This document shows, one piece after another, positions 40,017-49,843 of a stretch of DNA of 64,000 nt. The stretch lies in IMG/VR virus record IMGVR_UViG_3300020137_000030; one strand, 5' to 3'. Both the position numbers and the translations under genes were made by a program. Every line of letters starts with the position of its first letter. The stretch's first letter is position 1. Origin of the DNA: an uncultured virus (IMG/VR IMGVR_UViG_3300020137_000030) (Duplodnaviria; Heunggongvirae; Uroviricota; Caudoviricetes). The notes beneath the pieces were generated by a model. It did not search any database and was not told the DNA's origin. It was given only the letters and a program-made list of their open reading frames with translations.

Positions 40017-40670
40017 ATGCGTACCGCCCGAACCGCCTTCGCCGTCGCCGCGGTTGTGGCTGCCACCGTGATGCTGGCGGGCTGCACCCACAGCGACGAC
40101 CCGCAGACCGAACCGACGGGCTCGTCGGTCGTCGTGCCCGGCTCGCCTGTCGACCCCGACCAGCAGACCCCGCGGGCCACCACGGCGCCGTCGTCGGCTG
40201 AACCGTCCGAGACGGCGACGACGCGCCCGCCCGTCGGGTACGCCGACGACCGGTACCGGGTCTCCACCCCCGGCCAGACCATGCCCGACCCGCCCGTGTC
40301 GGCCGACGGGACGTTCCGCTACCACGGTGAGCAGTGGCCGGTCGACGGCGTCGACACCTGGCAGGCGACCACGTCCGCGTTCGTCGCCGCAGCGGCCGAC
40401 CCCGACAGCGACCTCGACGCCTGGTTGGCGGGCCTGCGCCCGTACGTGACCGACCGGCTCCTGGACCGTCTCGCCCGAGACGACGCCCGCCCCGAGATCG
40501 CCTCCTGGGGGACGCCGAAGGTCGCCGGTGTCGAGCTGCTCGATGGCGACGTCGGCGTGCAGGTCGCCCAGGTCGACGCGGGGTCAAGCCGTTGGTCGCA
40601 GGTCGTGACGCTGTGGTTCTTCGACGACGGGACGTGGCGTGTCGACACGTGCGGGCTGTCCTGGAACTAG
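40017..40670 (+). CDS. Lipoprotein
   Basis: Lipobox LAGC. Confidence 0.7.
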   Translation: MRTARTAFAVAAVVAATVMLAGCTHSDDPQTEPTGSSVVVPGSPVDPDQQTPRATTAPSSAEPSETATTRPPVGYADDRYRVSTPGQTMPDPPVSADGTFRYHGEQWPVDGVDTWQATTSAFVAAAADPDSDLDAWLAGLRPYVTDRLLDRLARDDARPEIASWGTPKVAGVELLDGDVGVQVAQVDAGSSRWSQVVTLWFFDDGTWRVDTCGLSWN

Positions 40671-40698
40671 AAACCGGGCACTGCCGCACATACACCTT

Positions 40699-40857
40699 GC
40701 AGGTGACCACGGGTCACCGACATGTAGTCCGGAATGCCGTACAGGTGCAACCGCCGCCCTCCGGGGGCGGGAGGTGCCCTACCCGGACACCCTCAACACA
40801 CGCGTGAAAGTGAAGGCGAAACGCGACCGCCGGTGGCGAAGCCGCAGGTCAGGAAGT
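40699..40857 (+). ncRNA. tracrRNA-like scaffold/leader, copy 2
   Basis: Same sequence as copy 1 with a few changes, mostly in hairpin tips; CCGCACAT at 40684. Confidence 0.7.
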
Positions 40858-41501
40858 GTCTCGCCCACGCACACGAGGGGACGGCCCACCCCCTCTCTCA
40901 CTCGATCTGGACGAGAGTGTCTCGCCCACGCACACGAGGGGACGGCCGACGTCCTGTGGGTGCGCCGCGACGTCGACCGGTCTCGCCCACGCACACGAGG
41001 GGACGGCCAGCCCCGCGACGATGACGCCGATGACGCCGGCGTCTCGCCCACGCACACGAGGGGACGGCGTCGTCGCCACCCCGAAGGGTGTCCCGCCGTG
41101 CGTCTCGCCCACGCACACGAGGGGACGGCGTCAACGGGCGCGGGCGCACGCGCCGCCTCAACGTCTCGCCCACGCACACGAGGGGACGGCGTTGTAGGGC
41201 TCCGCCGCCGAACGCCCCGCACCGTCTCGCCCACGCACACGAGGGGACGGCGGCCGTCTACGCCGAGGTCGGCCGCCGCAAGGCGTCTCGCTCACGCACG
41301 CGAGGGAACGGCTGGGTGCTCGCGCGCGAGCTCGGGCACCTCCTGGTCCCGCCCACGCACGCGAGGGAACGGCCAACAGCTGGCCGTAGCGGCGAACGCG
41401 CCCGCCGTCCCGCCCACGCACACGCACACGAGGGGACGGCGTCCCCTGACGGCATCGACGCCACCACCGCGGAGTCTCGCCCACGCACACGAGGGGGCGT
41501 C
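40858..41501 (+). CRISPR. CRISPR array 2: 11 repeats, 10 spacers
   Basis: GTCTCGCCCACGCACACGAGGGGACGGC with 61-nt period; repeats 8-9 approach the array-1 type; repeat 10 has a 6-nt duplication. Confidence 0.95.
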
Positions 41502-41613
41502 CAGTCCGGCGGCGCAATCGTCCAGGCCCCAAGCAGCCTTGCACCACAGGCGCGGGGCTCGTCGGGCCGTGCCGCACATACACACGACGACAGCACCGAC
41601 AACGGGAGGCGAC

Positions 41614-44085
41614 GTGCACGAGCTGCGCGACTACCAGGCCGAGATCGTCCGCGACACCGTCAAGCACCTGCGCCGCAACACGCGCGCCCAGGTTCGGATG
41701 GCATGTGGGTCCGGCAAGACGCTCGTCGGCATGCGCATCCTCGAGACCCTCGTGCGCGGACGCGACCGCAGCGTCATCGTCCTGGGCTTCCCCAACCTCG
41801 CACTGCTCTCACAGACGCTGCACTACTGGCGCGAGCAGAGCACCTGGCGCACGGCTCTCGGCCGGCGGGCGTACGCGGACATCGTCGTGGGTTCCGACGT
41901 CGCCACCGGCGAGCCCGACGAGGCGGGAGACGTCGACGTCGACAGCCCGCACGACTCCCTCGCCGAGCTGGGCCTCGTCGGGCACGACATCACCATCACC
42001 ACGAGCCCGCACGCACTGGCAGACCTGATCTCCACCACACCCGGCCGGGTGGTGATCTTCTCCACCTACCAGTCCATGTCGGCTGTGGCTGCCGCAGCGC
42101 GGATGCTGCGAGAGCGCGGCGACGGCACGTTCCGCTACGACGCCGTCCTGGCAGACGAGGCGCATCGCACGGCCGGTGACGCCACGACCGACGCTTTCGC
42201 GGACGTCGTCCTCCCGCGCGCGATGCCGGTGGCCAAGCGACTGTTCATGACGGCGACCCCGCGCCACGTCGTCAGTCGACGCCGTGCGCCCGGGGTGCGG
42301 AGCATGGACAACGAGGGCCAGTACGGCAAGGTCACCGGCGACTTCCCGATGCGACGCGGAATCGACGTGGGGGTCCTGTCCGACTACCAGGTGAACGTCC
42401 TCGGCGTGAACCTCGAGGAGCTCGAGGCGGTCACCGGCGTGACCGTCCAGGTGCCCGACGGCACCGCCGGGGCGCGCTGGCTGCGTGAGAGCGCCACGGG
42501 GCGCCGGGCACACCTGGACACCGTCGCGGTCGCGGTCGCCAAGCTGGCGGCGTTCCACGGTCGCAGCCGGATCATGGTGTTCCACTCGCGCATCGACCGC
42601 TCGCGCGAGTTCATCGAGCGGCTTCAGCAGGTCGTCGCACGGATGCCGGCGCTCGCCTCGCGGCCCGTGCTGCCGGTGCACGTCGATGGCAACACCTCCG
42701 CCGACGACCGCCGCGACGTCCTGCAGCGGATGAACAACCTCGACCTCGACAAGGGGGAGTGGGCCGTCGTCTCCAACGTCGGCGTGTTCGTCGAGGGCGT
42801 CGACGTGCCGCTTCTCGACGCCGTCGTGCTGGCTGAGCCGCGTCGCTCGCCGGTCGACGTCACGCAGATCGTGGGGCGGGCACTGCGCCTGCCGCACCAC
42901 TCCCAGCGCAGCTACCACCGACCTGCAGCGATCATGGTTCCGGTGCTCGTCCTGCCCGGCCAGCACGTGGCCAGCGCGCTGCACACCGGGTCCTTCGCCA
43001 TCACCGCCGAGCTGATCCGCGTGCTGCGCATCGACGACAGCACGATCACGGACAAGTTCGTCCCCGCGATCGCACCCCGCCAGCGTCATCGAGCAAAGGC
43101 TCGCCGCAGCGAGGACGGCACGGTCTCGTTCGTGCTGGACGGCGGTCTGGTCGAGTACATCCCTGTCCCGAGCGCACAGGTGGACGCGCTCGCTCCCACC
43201 GAGTCGCAGGAGCAGGCAGTGCCTGCTGAGCGCCGCCACCCTTCGACGGGCTCGACGGCCGGCCCCATGGGGCAGGAGGACGCGGGTCGATCGCACGACG
43301 ACCCGGCTTCTGCCCCCACCACCGATCCGCCACAGACGCCCGACGTGCCCTCCCAGCCGCAGCACCCCGTCATCCTCATCGAGGAGGCGGGCGCACGCGG
43401 CGTCCTGAACGACCCGCCGCAGCCTCGCCCGCGCCAGCGTCCGAAGGTGAACCGCGTCTACTACCGGACCAGCGAGCTGGACTCCGACGGGCTCGGCTGG
43501 GTCCTGGCACTGGAGGACACGCCCACGGACCAGCGTGTTCTCGTCGACAGCGACGACCTGCGCCTGGACTCGCTGCTGCGCTCGGTGACGGTCACGGCAG
43601 CCGAGATCGCGGTGGAGCCGGACGCCCTGGTCGCGACGCGCATCGCGGAGTTCTTGAGCGTCCGGCTGCGCTGGCCCCAGGCGAAGGCTGACGACCCCGC
43701 CGAGGCGCAGTGGGGGCGTCGCCTGCGCTCGTGGCAGAAGGCTGCTGCCGACGGGGACGCGTACGGCCTGCCCGACGGCGGGACCGCCCTTCTGGACCGG
43801 ATCATCCCGGGGTGGCGTGACCTGGCGGGCACGCAGGCGCGCGAGCACCTGTTCCATCAGTCGGTCCTGACGGCCCGCGACTTCATCGCCGCGAACGGGC
43901 GCGACCCGGACCCCCGTTCGAGCGACACGGTCGAGCGCAACAGCGCGCGGTTCCTCATCCAGCAGCGCGAGTACGCGGCCAGGCCGGCAGCGCGTCGGGC
44001 TGTGCTGCTTCCGCCGGAGCGGGTCGCCATGCTGGACGAGGCGATCCCCGGGTGGAACGACAGGAAGCGCCGCAAGGCGCACTGA
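41614..44085 (+). CDS. SF2 DEAD/DEAH helicase with C-terminal helicase-associated (HA)-like repeats
   Basis: LRDYQ, ACGSGKT, DEAHR, MTATP, EGVDVP, QIVGRALR; two repeats ending LD..IPGW; GGGAGG RBS. Confidence 0.88.
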   Translation: MHELRDYQAEIVRDTVKHLRRNTRAQVRMACGSGKTLVGMRILETLVRGRDRSVIVLGFPNLALLSQTLHYWREQSTWRTALGRRAYADIVVGSDVATGEPDEAGDVDVDSPHDSLAELGLVGHDITITTSPHALADLISTTPGRVVIFSTYQSMSAVAAAARMLRERGDGTFRYDAVLADEAHRTAGDATTDAFADVVLPRAMPVAKRLFMTATPRHVVSRRRAPGVRSMDNEGQYGKVTGDFPMRRGIDVGVLSDYQVNVLGVNLEELEAVTGVTVQVPDGTAGARWLRESATGRRAHLDTVAVAVAKLAAFHGRSRIMVFHSRIDRSREFIERLQQVVARMPALASRPVLPVHVDGNTSADDRRDVLQRMNNLDLDKGEWAVVSNVGVFVEGVDVPLLDAVVLAEPRRSPVDVTQIVGRALRLPHHSQRSYHRPAAIMVPVLVLPGQHVASALHTGSFAITAELIRVLRIDDSTITDKFVPAIAPRQRHRAKARRSEDGTVSFVLDGGLVEYIPVPSAQVDALAPTESQEQAVPAERRHPSTGSTAGPMGQEDAGRSHDDPASAPTTDPPQTPDVPSQPQHPVILIEEAGARGVLNDPPQPRPRQRPKVNRVYYRTSELDSDGLGWVLALEDTPTDQRVLVDSDDLRLDSLLRSVTVTAAEIAVEPDALVATRIAEFLSVRLRWPQAKADDPAEAQWGRRLRSWQKAAADGDAYGLPDGGTALLDRIIPGWRDLAGTQAREHLFHQSVLTARDFIAANGRDPDPRSSDTVERNSARFLIQQREYAARPAARRAVLLPPERVAMLDEAIPGWNDRKRRKAH

Positions 44086-44113
44086 GTACGCCACTGCCGC
44101 ACATAGGTAGGCT

Positions 44114-44274
44114 GCAAGGTGACCACGGGTCACCGACACGTAGTCCGGAATGCCGTACAGGTGCAACCGCCGCCCCGCCAGGGGCGGGAGGTGCCCTACC
44201 CGGACACCCTCAACACACGCGTGAAAGTGAAGGCGAAACGCGACCGCCGGTGGTGAATCCGCAGGTCAGGAAGT
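44114..44274 (+). ncRNA. tracrRNA-like scaffold/leader, copy 3
   Basis: 161 nt, near-identical to copy 1; CCGCACAT at 44097. Confidence 0.7.
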
Positions 44275-44607
44275 GTTCCGCCCACGCACGCGAGGGAACG
44301 GCGGAGCCCGTCGCTGGCGCAGAACACCTGCGAGCGTTCCGCCCACGCACGCGAGGGAACGGCGGAGGCCACGATGATCCGCAACGCCCTCCACTCGTCC
44401 CGCCCACGCACGCGAGGGAACGGCGCAGGCGACGGGGGTTTTTCTCGGTGCGCTCGCGTCCCGCCCACGCACGCGAGGGAACGGCGCTCAGCGCGGTCGG
44501 GACGGTGGGGCCGCGGACGTCCCGCCCACGCACGCGAGGGAACGGCTAGGTCCTGCACGGTCGCGCCCATGCCGCCGTGGTCTCTCCCACGCACTCGAGG
44601 GAACGTC
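44275..44607 (+). CRISPR. CRISPR array 3: 6 repeats, 5 spacers (possible remnant repeat at ~44648-44680)
   Basis: Repeats at 44275, 44336, 44397, 44458, 44519, 44580. Confidence 0.95.
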
Positions 44608-44737
44608 CCCATCTGCCGCGGCACCGCCGGCACGGGCAAGCGCTGACGTCTCGCCGACCGCACATACGAGGGGGTCGGCCGACAGGTCGCGCAGGTGCTG
44701 CGGCGAGAAACCAGCGCCTGCCGCACATACCACCTGC

Positions 44738-47700
44738 ATGGACAAGACCGCCCTCGAGCCCACCCGCACCTACCACGCGACCGTCGACCTGGGCGAGAAC
44801 ACCGAAGCGTTCCTCGCGCACCACGTCGCCACCAACAACGCTGCTGGCGAGCTCGCCGGCGCGCTCAAGCACATGATCGCCACGCTCGTCCCCGCGCAGT
44901 GGGTCGAGCTCTGGGAGAACCACGCGGGCACCCCCGCCGGTGTGCGCATCGCCTCGTGGATCGCAGGATCGTGGGTCGGCACGGAGCGGTCAGACAGCGC
45001 CCCGCCGCGCACGGTCACCCACGCGCAGGCCATCGACGCCGTCCGCCGCCGCGCGGTGGAGCTGCGCCCCGGCATCGACGCCGAGCAGTTCCTCAAGGAC
45101 GCTGCCATCCTGCACGGCACCGTCCGCGACGACGCCGTGTGGGTCGACTACCTCGACGGCGACCCCGTACCCGCGATCGGGTGGGAGGGGCTCGACGTGC
45201 GGCTGCTCGGCAGCGCGAGCGAGCCGGTCAAGAGCAACGACGAGATCACCAAGCCCGGCAAGGGCGACATGGTCCAGAGCTGCTCGCGCCTGTGGGGCCG
45301 TGCAGTCGGCACCGGGCGCAAGGCGGACGGGCTCCTTCTCGTCGAGCGCAGCGCGGCGCTTCGGGACGCCGCTGCCGACCCCACGAACCGCACGGTCGCA
45401 GACGTCGCCCAGGCACTCACCGGGCAGCCGCTCGACGGCGCAGGCCTGGCCGCCTGGGCCAACCACACCAACCCGAAGTCACCCACGAAGGTCACGGCAG
45501 CCCTCGTCGGGAACGACGCCTCCGCTGACCTGTCGACCGAAGTCGCAGGCAAGACTCTCCGCGACCGGATCGTCACCGGCGCCAGCGAGGTCCACGCCAA
45601 CTGGGTCGCGCGCACCGGCGAGGCACGTCGCGCCGCCGACGGTGAGATCCTGGCTGGCACCTGGCTGCACGGCATCCTGCTGCGCCACATGGCCGCCAAC
45701 CTGACCGGCGGGGCGCGCACCAATGTCCTGTCCGCGGCGGCGAGCACCGTGGCGACCCACCGCGACCGCCTCCACAAGCAGGCCGTCGAGCTCGCCGCGC
45801 TGCAGCAGTCGCTCGCCAACGCGCTCGAGCAGGTCGACCCCGACGACCTGGCAGACCTGGACGCATGGGCACGGGCGCACCTGTACGAGAACGAGGACTC
45901 GCCCGGGTACCTCCTGCCGCGCATCCCGCGCCGCGAGGGCACCGCGAAGCTCGCGACCGTCACCAACAAGTGGCGCAACAAGCCCAAGATGGGCGTCGAG
46001 GAGCGCGTCGCCGCCGCCAAGGGGGCCGGGGCGGGCTGGACCGTCTGGTGGGACTACCTGGCCCGCAACGAGCACCTGTGGAACCCGAACACCGACCGGC
46101 TCCTGCGAGTCGTCGGCGGCGGCGACGGGTTCGCTGGTGTCCAGCCGCTGCGACGCAAGATTGCGGGAGTCCAGATGCCGACGTTCGCGCGGCCGCACCC
46201 GCAGGCCGCACCCGCCCCTTCCTACTACGGCGGTGGACGCCTGACCGGTCGGCTCGGCGCCGACGGCACGCTGGTGCTGCAGGTCGCCACCCCCGACGGA
46301 CTGGCGCGCATCAGCGCCCGGTGGATGTCGACCCGTCTGCGTGAGGCGCTCAAGGTCGGTGCGCAGGTGGTCGACGGTCAGCCGACGATCACGCGCGACG
46401 ACCCCACGTCGCGGCTGGCGGCCGGGGTCGACCAGGACACGCCGGTGAACGTCGCCGCAGACCCGACCAGCAGCACCTTCACCGTCGGGTACGACCGCGA
46501 GAACCAGCGCTGGCTCCTGGCCGTCGCGATCAAGCACCACACCCCTCGCCGCTACCTGCCTGGCGACCCCCTGCGGCTCATGGGCGTGCAGATCGGCATG
46601 AACCGGCACGACGTGACGTACGCCGTGTGGGAGACGGTCGACGGCGTCAGCGCACCCCAGGACGTCGAGGTCGCGGACGTCCACGCCGTCAACGCCCGTG
46701 GCCAGGCCACCGTACGCCGTGCCCGCCGCGTGGCCGCCACGGGGAACCTGTTCGAGTTCGCGCGGCCCGTGCGCGAGGGCAGCATCGACCTGCCCGCGGG
46801 CGACCGCGAGTCTCAGGTCGGCGAGTCGGCGCAGATCGCGGAGCTGCTGGACGACCTGCCAGTCCACGACGCCTACATCCAGGGAGAGCTCCGGCGTGTC
46901 GCACGCGACGCTGCCGTGGACCTGGGGGCGGGAACGCCGCGCTCGCAGCTGCTCCAGGCGGCGATGCGTGTGCTGAACAGGGCGTTGGACGCCCAGGGCT
47001 GCCTGGCCCGCCTGGCCGGCCAGGCACGCGGACTGGGCGAGGCAGGGCCCGACGACCTTGAGGAGCTGGAGAGCATCTGGCCCGCCACGGGCGGGGACCT
47101 GGGCGCGCTGTGGTCGCAGCGTGCCGCCACTATCGCCCGGTACGCGCGCATCGTCCGCGACGACCTCCTGACCCGCGCCCACAGCCGCCGGGTCAGCGTC
47201 GAGCGCGTCGTCGAGCTGGACGAGTTCGCACGCCTGCTCCGGCGCCTGGAGACCTGCCCGACGCCGTCACGCCCGTTCGAGCACCGCACCCTGCCGTTCG
47301 GCTTCGCCCCCACGATCCGCACCATGCGCAACCGCGCGCGGGAGGCCTGGACGGACAAGATCGCCTCGGACACCGTCAAGACGGCCCTGCGGCTCGGGGT
47401 GAGCGTCATCGCGGTGTACAAGGACGAGGACTCCACCCCCTCGCAGGTGCGTCCCGCCCACATCAACCGGCGTCTGGCCACCGAGGCGCGCCGTGCGATC
47501 GCCGACCAGATCGCCCTGGTGGCGCCGCTGCACGGCATCGAGGTCAAGGTCGTCAGCAAGGGCGTCGGCCACCGGGCGCGAGTCGTCGACGGGCGTGAGA
47601 TGTTCGCGGTCACGCCCATCACCCTGGGGGAGTTCGCCGACCTGGCCCGACGCGACACGAAGGGCGCCAAGGGGGCCATCGCGAGCTGGGACAACCGGGT

Positions 47701-48109
47701 CGTCGCCGCCGCGAACCTGCTCGCTGGCAAGGAGAAGAAGCGCAAGGGCAGGGACGGCAGGGTCTACGAGGAGAGCGCACAGCGGAAGGCCGCAAACCTC
47801 GCGGTCGCAGCCCTGACTGTCCAGGCCGGGCAGTTCCTGGACCGTGAGCTCGAGCCGGTCCTGGGCCTGAACGACCGAGCCTTCCGCACCTGGAGGTCGA
47901 GCGCAGCCGCCAGCCAGACGCTCCACCTGCCGGGCCTGTTCCCCGACGGGCAGGTGCTCGTGCCCGCCGACGCGCAGTACGAGCCGGGGACTCTCCGGTT
48001 CCGTTCCGTCAGCAGTCGCGACATCGCCATCGCCCACGCCGTCGCCCACCGAGGGTGCACCTGGGTGCTCAACCCCAAGAAGCAGAAGAAGGACGACGAG
48101 TCCGAGTAG
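44738..48109 (+). CDS. Cas12b(C2c1)-like type V effector, predicted nuclease-inactive (1123 aa)
   Basis: Flanked by arrays; size and motif order like Cas12b: PTFARPHP, RWMSTRL; RuvC-I LRLMGVQIG (D>Q618); RuvC-II VIAVY (E>Y894); INRRL..LHGIEVKVV; RuvC-III SRDIAIA (D1095). Confidence 0.72.
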   Translation: MDKTALEPTRTYHATVDLGENTEAFLAHHVATNNAAGELAGALKHMIATLVPAQWVELWENHAGTPAGVRIASWIAGSWVGTERSDSAPPRTVTHAQAIDAVRRRAVELRPGIDAEQFLKDAAILHGTVRDDAVWVDYLDGDPVPAIGWEGLDVRLLGSASEPVKSNDEITKPGKGDMVQSCSRLWGRAVGTGRKADGLLLVERSAALRDAAADPTNRTVADVAQALTGQPLDGAGLAAWANHTNPKSPTKVTAALVGNDASADLSTEVAGKTLRDRIVTGASEVHANWVARTGEARRAADGEILAGTWLHGILLRHMAANLTGGARTNVLSAAASTVATHRDRLHKQAVELAALQQSLANALEQVDPDDLADLDAWARAHLYENEDSPGYLLPRIPRREGTAKLATVTNKWRNKPKMGVEERVAAAKGAGAGWTVWWDYLARNEHLWNPNTDRLLRVVGGGDGFAGVQPLRRKIAGVQMPTFARPHPQAAPAPSYYGGGRLTGRLGADGTLVLQVATPDGLARISARWMSTRLREALKVGAQVVDGQPTITRDDPTSRLAAGVDQDTPVNVAADPTSSTFTVGYDRENQRWLLAVAIKHHTPRRYLPGDPLRLMGVQIGMNRHDVTYAVWETVDGVSAPQDVEVADVHAVNARGQATVRRARRVAATGNLFEFARPVREGSIDLPAGDRESQVGESAQIAELLDDLPVHDAYIQGELRRVARDAAVDLGAGTPRSQLLQAAMRVLNRALDAQGCLARLAGQARGLGEAGPDDLEELESIWPATGGDLGALWSQRAATIARYARIVRDDLLTRAHSRRVSVERVVELDEFARLLRRLETCPTPSRPFEHRTLPFGFAPTIRTMRNRAREAWTDKIASDTVKTALRLGVSVIAVYKDEDSTPSQVRPAHINRRLATEARRAIADQIALVAPLHGIEVKVVSKGVGHRARVVDGREMFAVTPITLGEFADLARRDTKGAKGAIASWDNRVVAAANLLAGKEKKRKGRDGRVYEESAQRKAANLAVAALTVQAGQFLDRELEPVLGLNDRAFRTWRSSAAASQTLHLPGLFPDGQVLVPADAQYEPGTLRFRSVSSRDIAIAHAVAHRGCTWVLNPKKQKKDDESE

Positions 48110-48164
48110 GCCCTCGTGCGGCACGCGGCCACGAGAACGGCCGCGTGCCGCACATAGGTAGGCT

Positions 48165-48325
48165 GCAAGGTGACCACGGGTCACCGACACGTAGTCCGGA
48201 ATGCCGTACAGGTGCAACCGCCGCCCCGCCAGGGGCGGGAGGTGCCCTACCCGGACACCCTCAACACACGCGTGAAAGTGAAGGCGAAACGCGACCGCCA
48301 GCGGCAAAACCGCAGGTCAGGAAGT
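48165..48325 (+). ncRNA. tracrRNA-like scaffold/leader, copy 4
   Basis: 161 nt, near-identical; CCGCACAT at 48148. Confidence 0.7.
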
Positions 48326-48881
48326 GTTCCGCCCACGCACGCGAGGGAACGGCGTCACATCGAAGTCCGGCACAGCCCCGCATCAGGTTCCGCCCACGCA
48401 CGCGAGGGAACGGCTCTGGGCCTGGCCCTCGTGGCCGTCGTGGCCGAGTTCCGCCCACGCACGCGAGGGAACGGCGAAGAGCGGCGTCTTGAAGATTCGA
48501 GGCCTGCGGTCCCGCCCACGCACGCGAGGGAACGGCGCGAACCGGGTGCGGATGACCCGCACCCGTGACGTCCCGCCCACGCACGCGAGGGAACGGCTCG
48601 GGGCAGTCTGGGAGGCGCGACGACGCGTGGAAGTCTCTCCCACGCACGCGAGGGAACGGCCACCTGTACGCGTGGGCGGAGGAGGCTGTCACCGTCTCTC
48701 CCACGCACGCGAGGGAACGGCGAGGTCGTCATGGAGTCCTTCGCGTCCGTCGTCGTCCCGCCCACGCACGCGAGGGAACGGCACGGTGGCCACGGGGACC
48801 TGGGTCCCGCCCACGCACACGAGGGAACGGCTCCAGTGGGCGCCGTGCCCTCGGTGCCACACGGGCCTCGCCCACGCGTCC
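48326..48881 (+). CRISPR. CRISPR array 4: 9 repeats plus a truncated trailer, 9 spacers (one 35 nt, one 21 nt)
   Basis: Repeats at 48326, 48387, 48448, 48509, 48570, 48633, 48694, 48755, 48804; partial at 48865. Confidence 0.95.
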
Positions 48882-49813
48882 TAGGGGACATCCATCCCTA
48901 GCCAGGCGGCGGACGCCGCGCGGAACGTGTCGTACTCCAACTGTTCACCGTCGAACTCCTGGTGCCCGGCGCTCAGCTCGACCAGCAGGCGCGGCCCGGC
49001 CAGCGCCTCGAAGATCGCGAACTGCCCGACGGGCGGCACGGCAGGGTCGACCCGCGCCGCCCCCACCAGGACCGGCGCCCGGACGCGGGCTGCCGCGGTG
49101 GCGGCGTCGAACCAGGCGAGCACGCCCGCGACCGACGGGTCACGCTGCGCGAGCAGGCGCACAGCCTCGCCGCTGCCGGTGCAAGGCGTGCGCAGCCGAG
49201 CCGGGTGGTTGCCGAATGTCGGGACCTTCAGCACCGCGGCGGTCACCCGCCGCTCCTGGGCAAGGGCGAGGGCTGCGAGCCCGCCGCCGAAGCTGACGCC
49301 GTGGATGTCGATGCGGCGCAGGTCAGGGTACAGGGCGTGGGCGGCTGAGACCGCGGCCCACACGCCTTGGACGCACCCGCCGATGATGTACGTCTCGCGC
49401 GAGGCGATGCCGTGCAGGACGTGCTCGGCCACGACGTCGGGCACGTCCGGCTGGACGCTCAGCGGTGCCATGCCGCGCGGGACGAGGGTCAGCTCGGCGG
49501 TGCCGGGGGAGCGCCACGGGTCGAACGGTCCGTCGACCTGGCCGTAGCCGGGAAGGTCGACGACGACACGGTCGACACCGTCGGGCGGCTCGTGCACGTA
49601 GGCGCCAACCTCGACGCCGCCCGCGCTGGTCAGCCGCAGCTCGCTCAAGGTCCACCCGCCGCCGTCGCCGGTGCGCCGCACCCTGCGGGGTGCGGGGTCC
49701 ACGTCCAGCGCCTGGGCGTACCTGCCGGCCCAGAACGCGTCGAAGTCGTCGGGCCCGGTCAGCACCTGGTCGGTGAGCTCGCCGCGCACGCTGGCGATGG
49801 CTGTCGCGTCCAT
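48881..49813 (-). CDS. Acetylxylan esterase (AXE1/CE7-like alpha/beta hydrolase)
   Basis: PDDFDAFW; nucleophile elbow GVSFGGG; DPAVPP..QFA; GH. Confidence 0.8.
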   Translation of the reverse strand: MDATAIASVRGELTDQVLTGPDDFDAFWAGRYAQALDVDPAPRRVRRTGDGGGWTLSELRLTSAGGVEVGAYVHEPPDGVDRVVVDLPGYGQVDGPFDPWRSPGTAELTLVPRGMAPLSVQPDVPDVVAEHVLHGIASRETYIIGGCVQGVWAAVSAAHALYPDLRRIDIHGVSFGGGLAALALAQERRVTAAVLKVPTFGNHPARLRTPCTGSGEAVRLLAQRDPSVAGVLAWFDAATAAARVRAPVLVGAARVDPAVPPVGQFAIFEALAGPRLLVELSAGHQEFDGEQLEYDTFRAASAAWLGMDVP

Positions 49814-49843
49814 GGCGGCATTGTGCCCGCACATCTACCCGGC

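Noticed and set aside
41313..41345. Array-2 spacer 8: partial matches near 3285 (13 nt) and to the IrrE HELGH codons near 29732 (14 nt)
   Set aside because: Too short; it probably targets a foreign IrrE-like gene, which cannot be verified here
40639..41613. N-terminal 325 aa of the 1148-aa ORF, and other ORFs crossing the arrays
   Set aside because: These are translations of tracr/CRISPR repeats; the real helicase start is GTG 41614 with an RBS
1401..47182. Long antisense and alternate-frame ORFs (e.g. 1401-3593, 3344-5713, 41809-44166, 45479-47182)
   Set aside because: Shadow ORFs typical of high-GC DNA, overlapping genes with recognisable motifs
44738..48109. Effector as Cas12k of a CAST, or as a TnpB
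   Set aside because: No tnsB/tnsC/tniQ or transposon ends are seen; far larger than Cas12k or TnpB; motifs are Cas12b-like
48537..48569. Array-4 spacer 4: first 14 nt match the Dam-like gene at 61850-61863 (16/17)
   Set aside because: Short match in very GC-rich DNA is compatible with chance; kept only as a note
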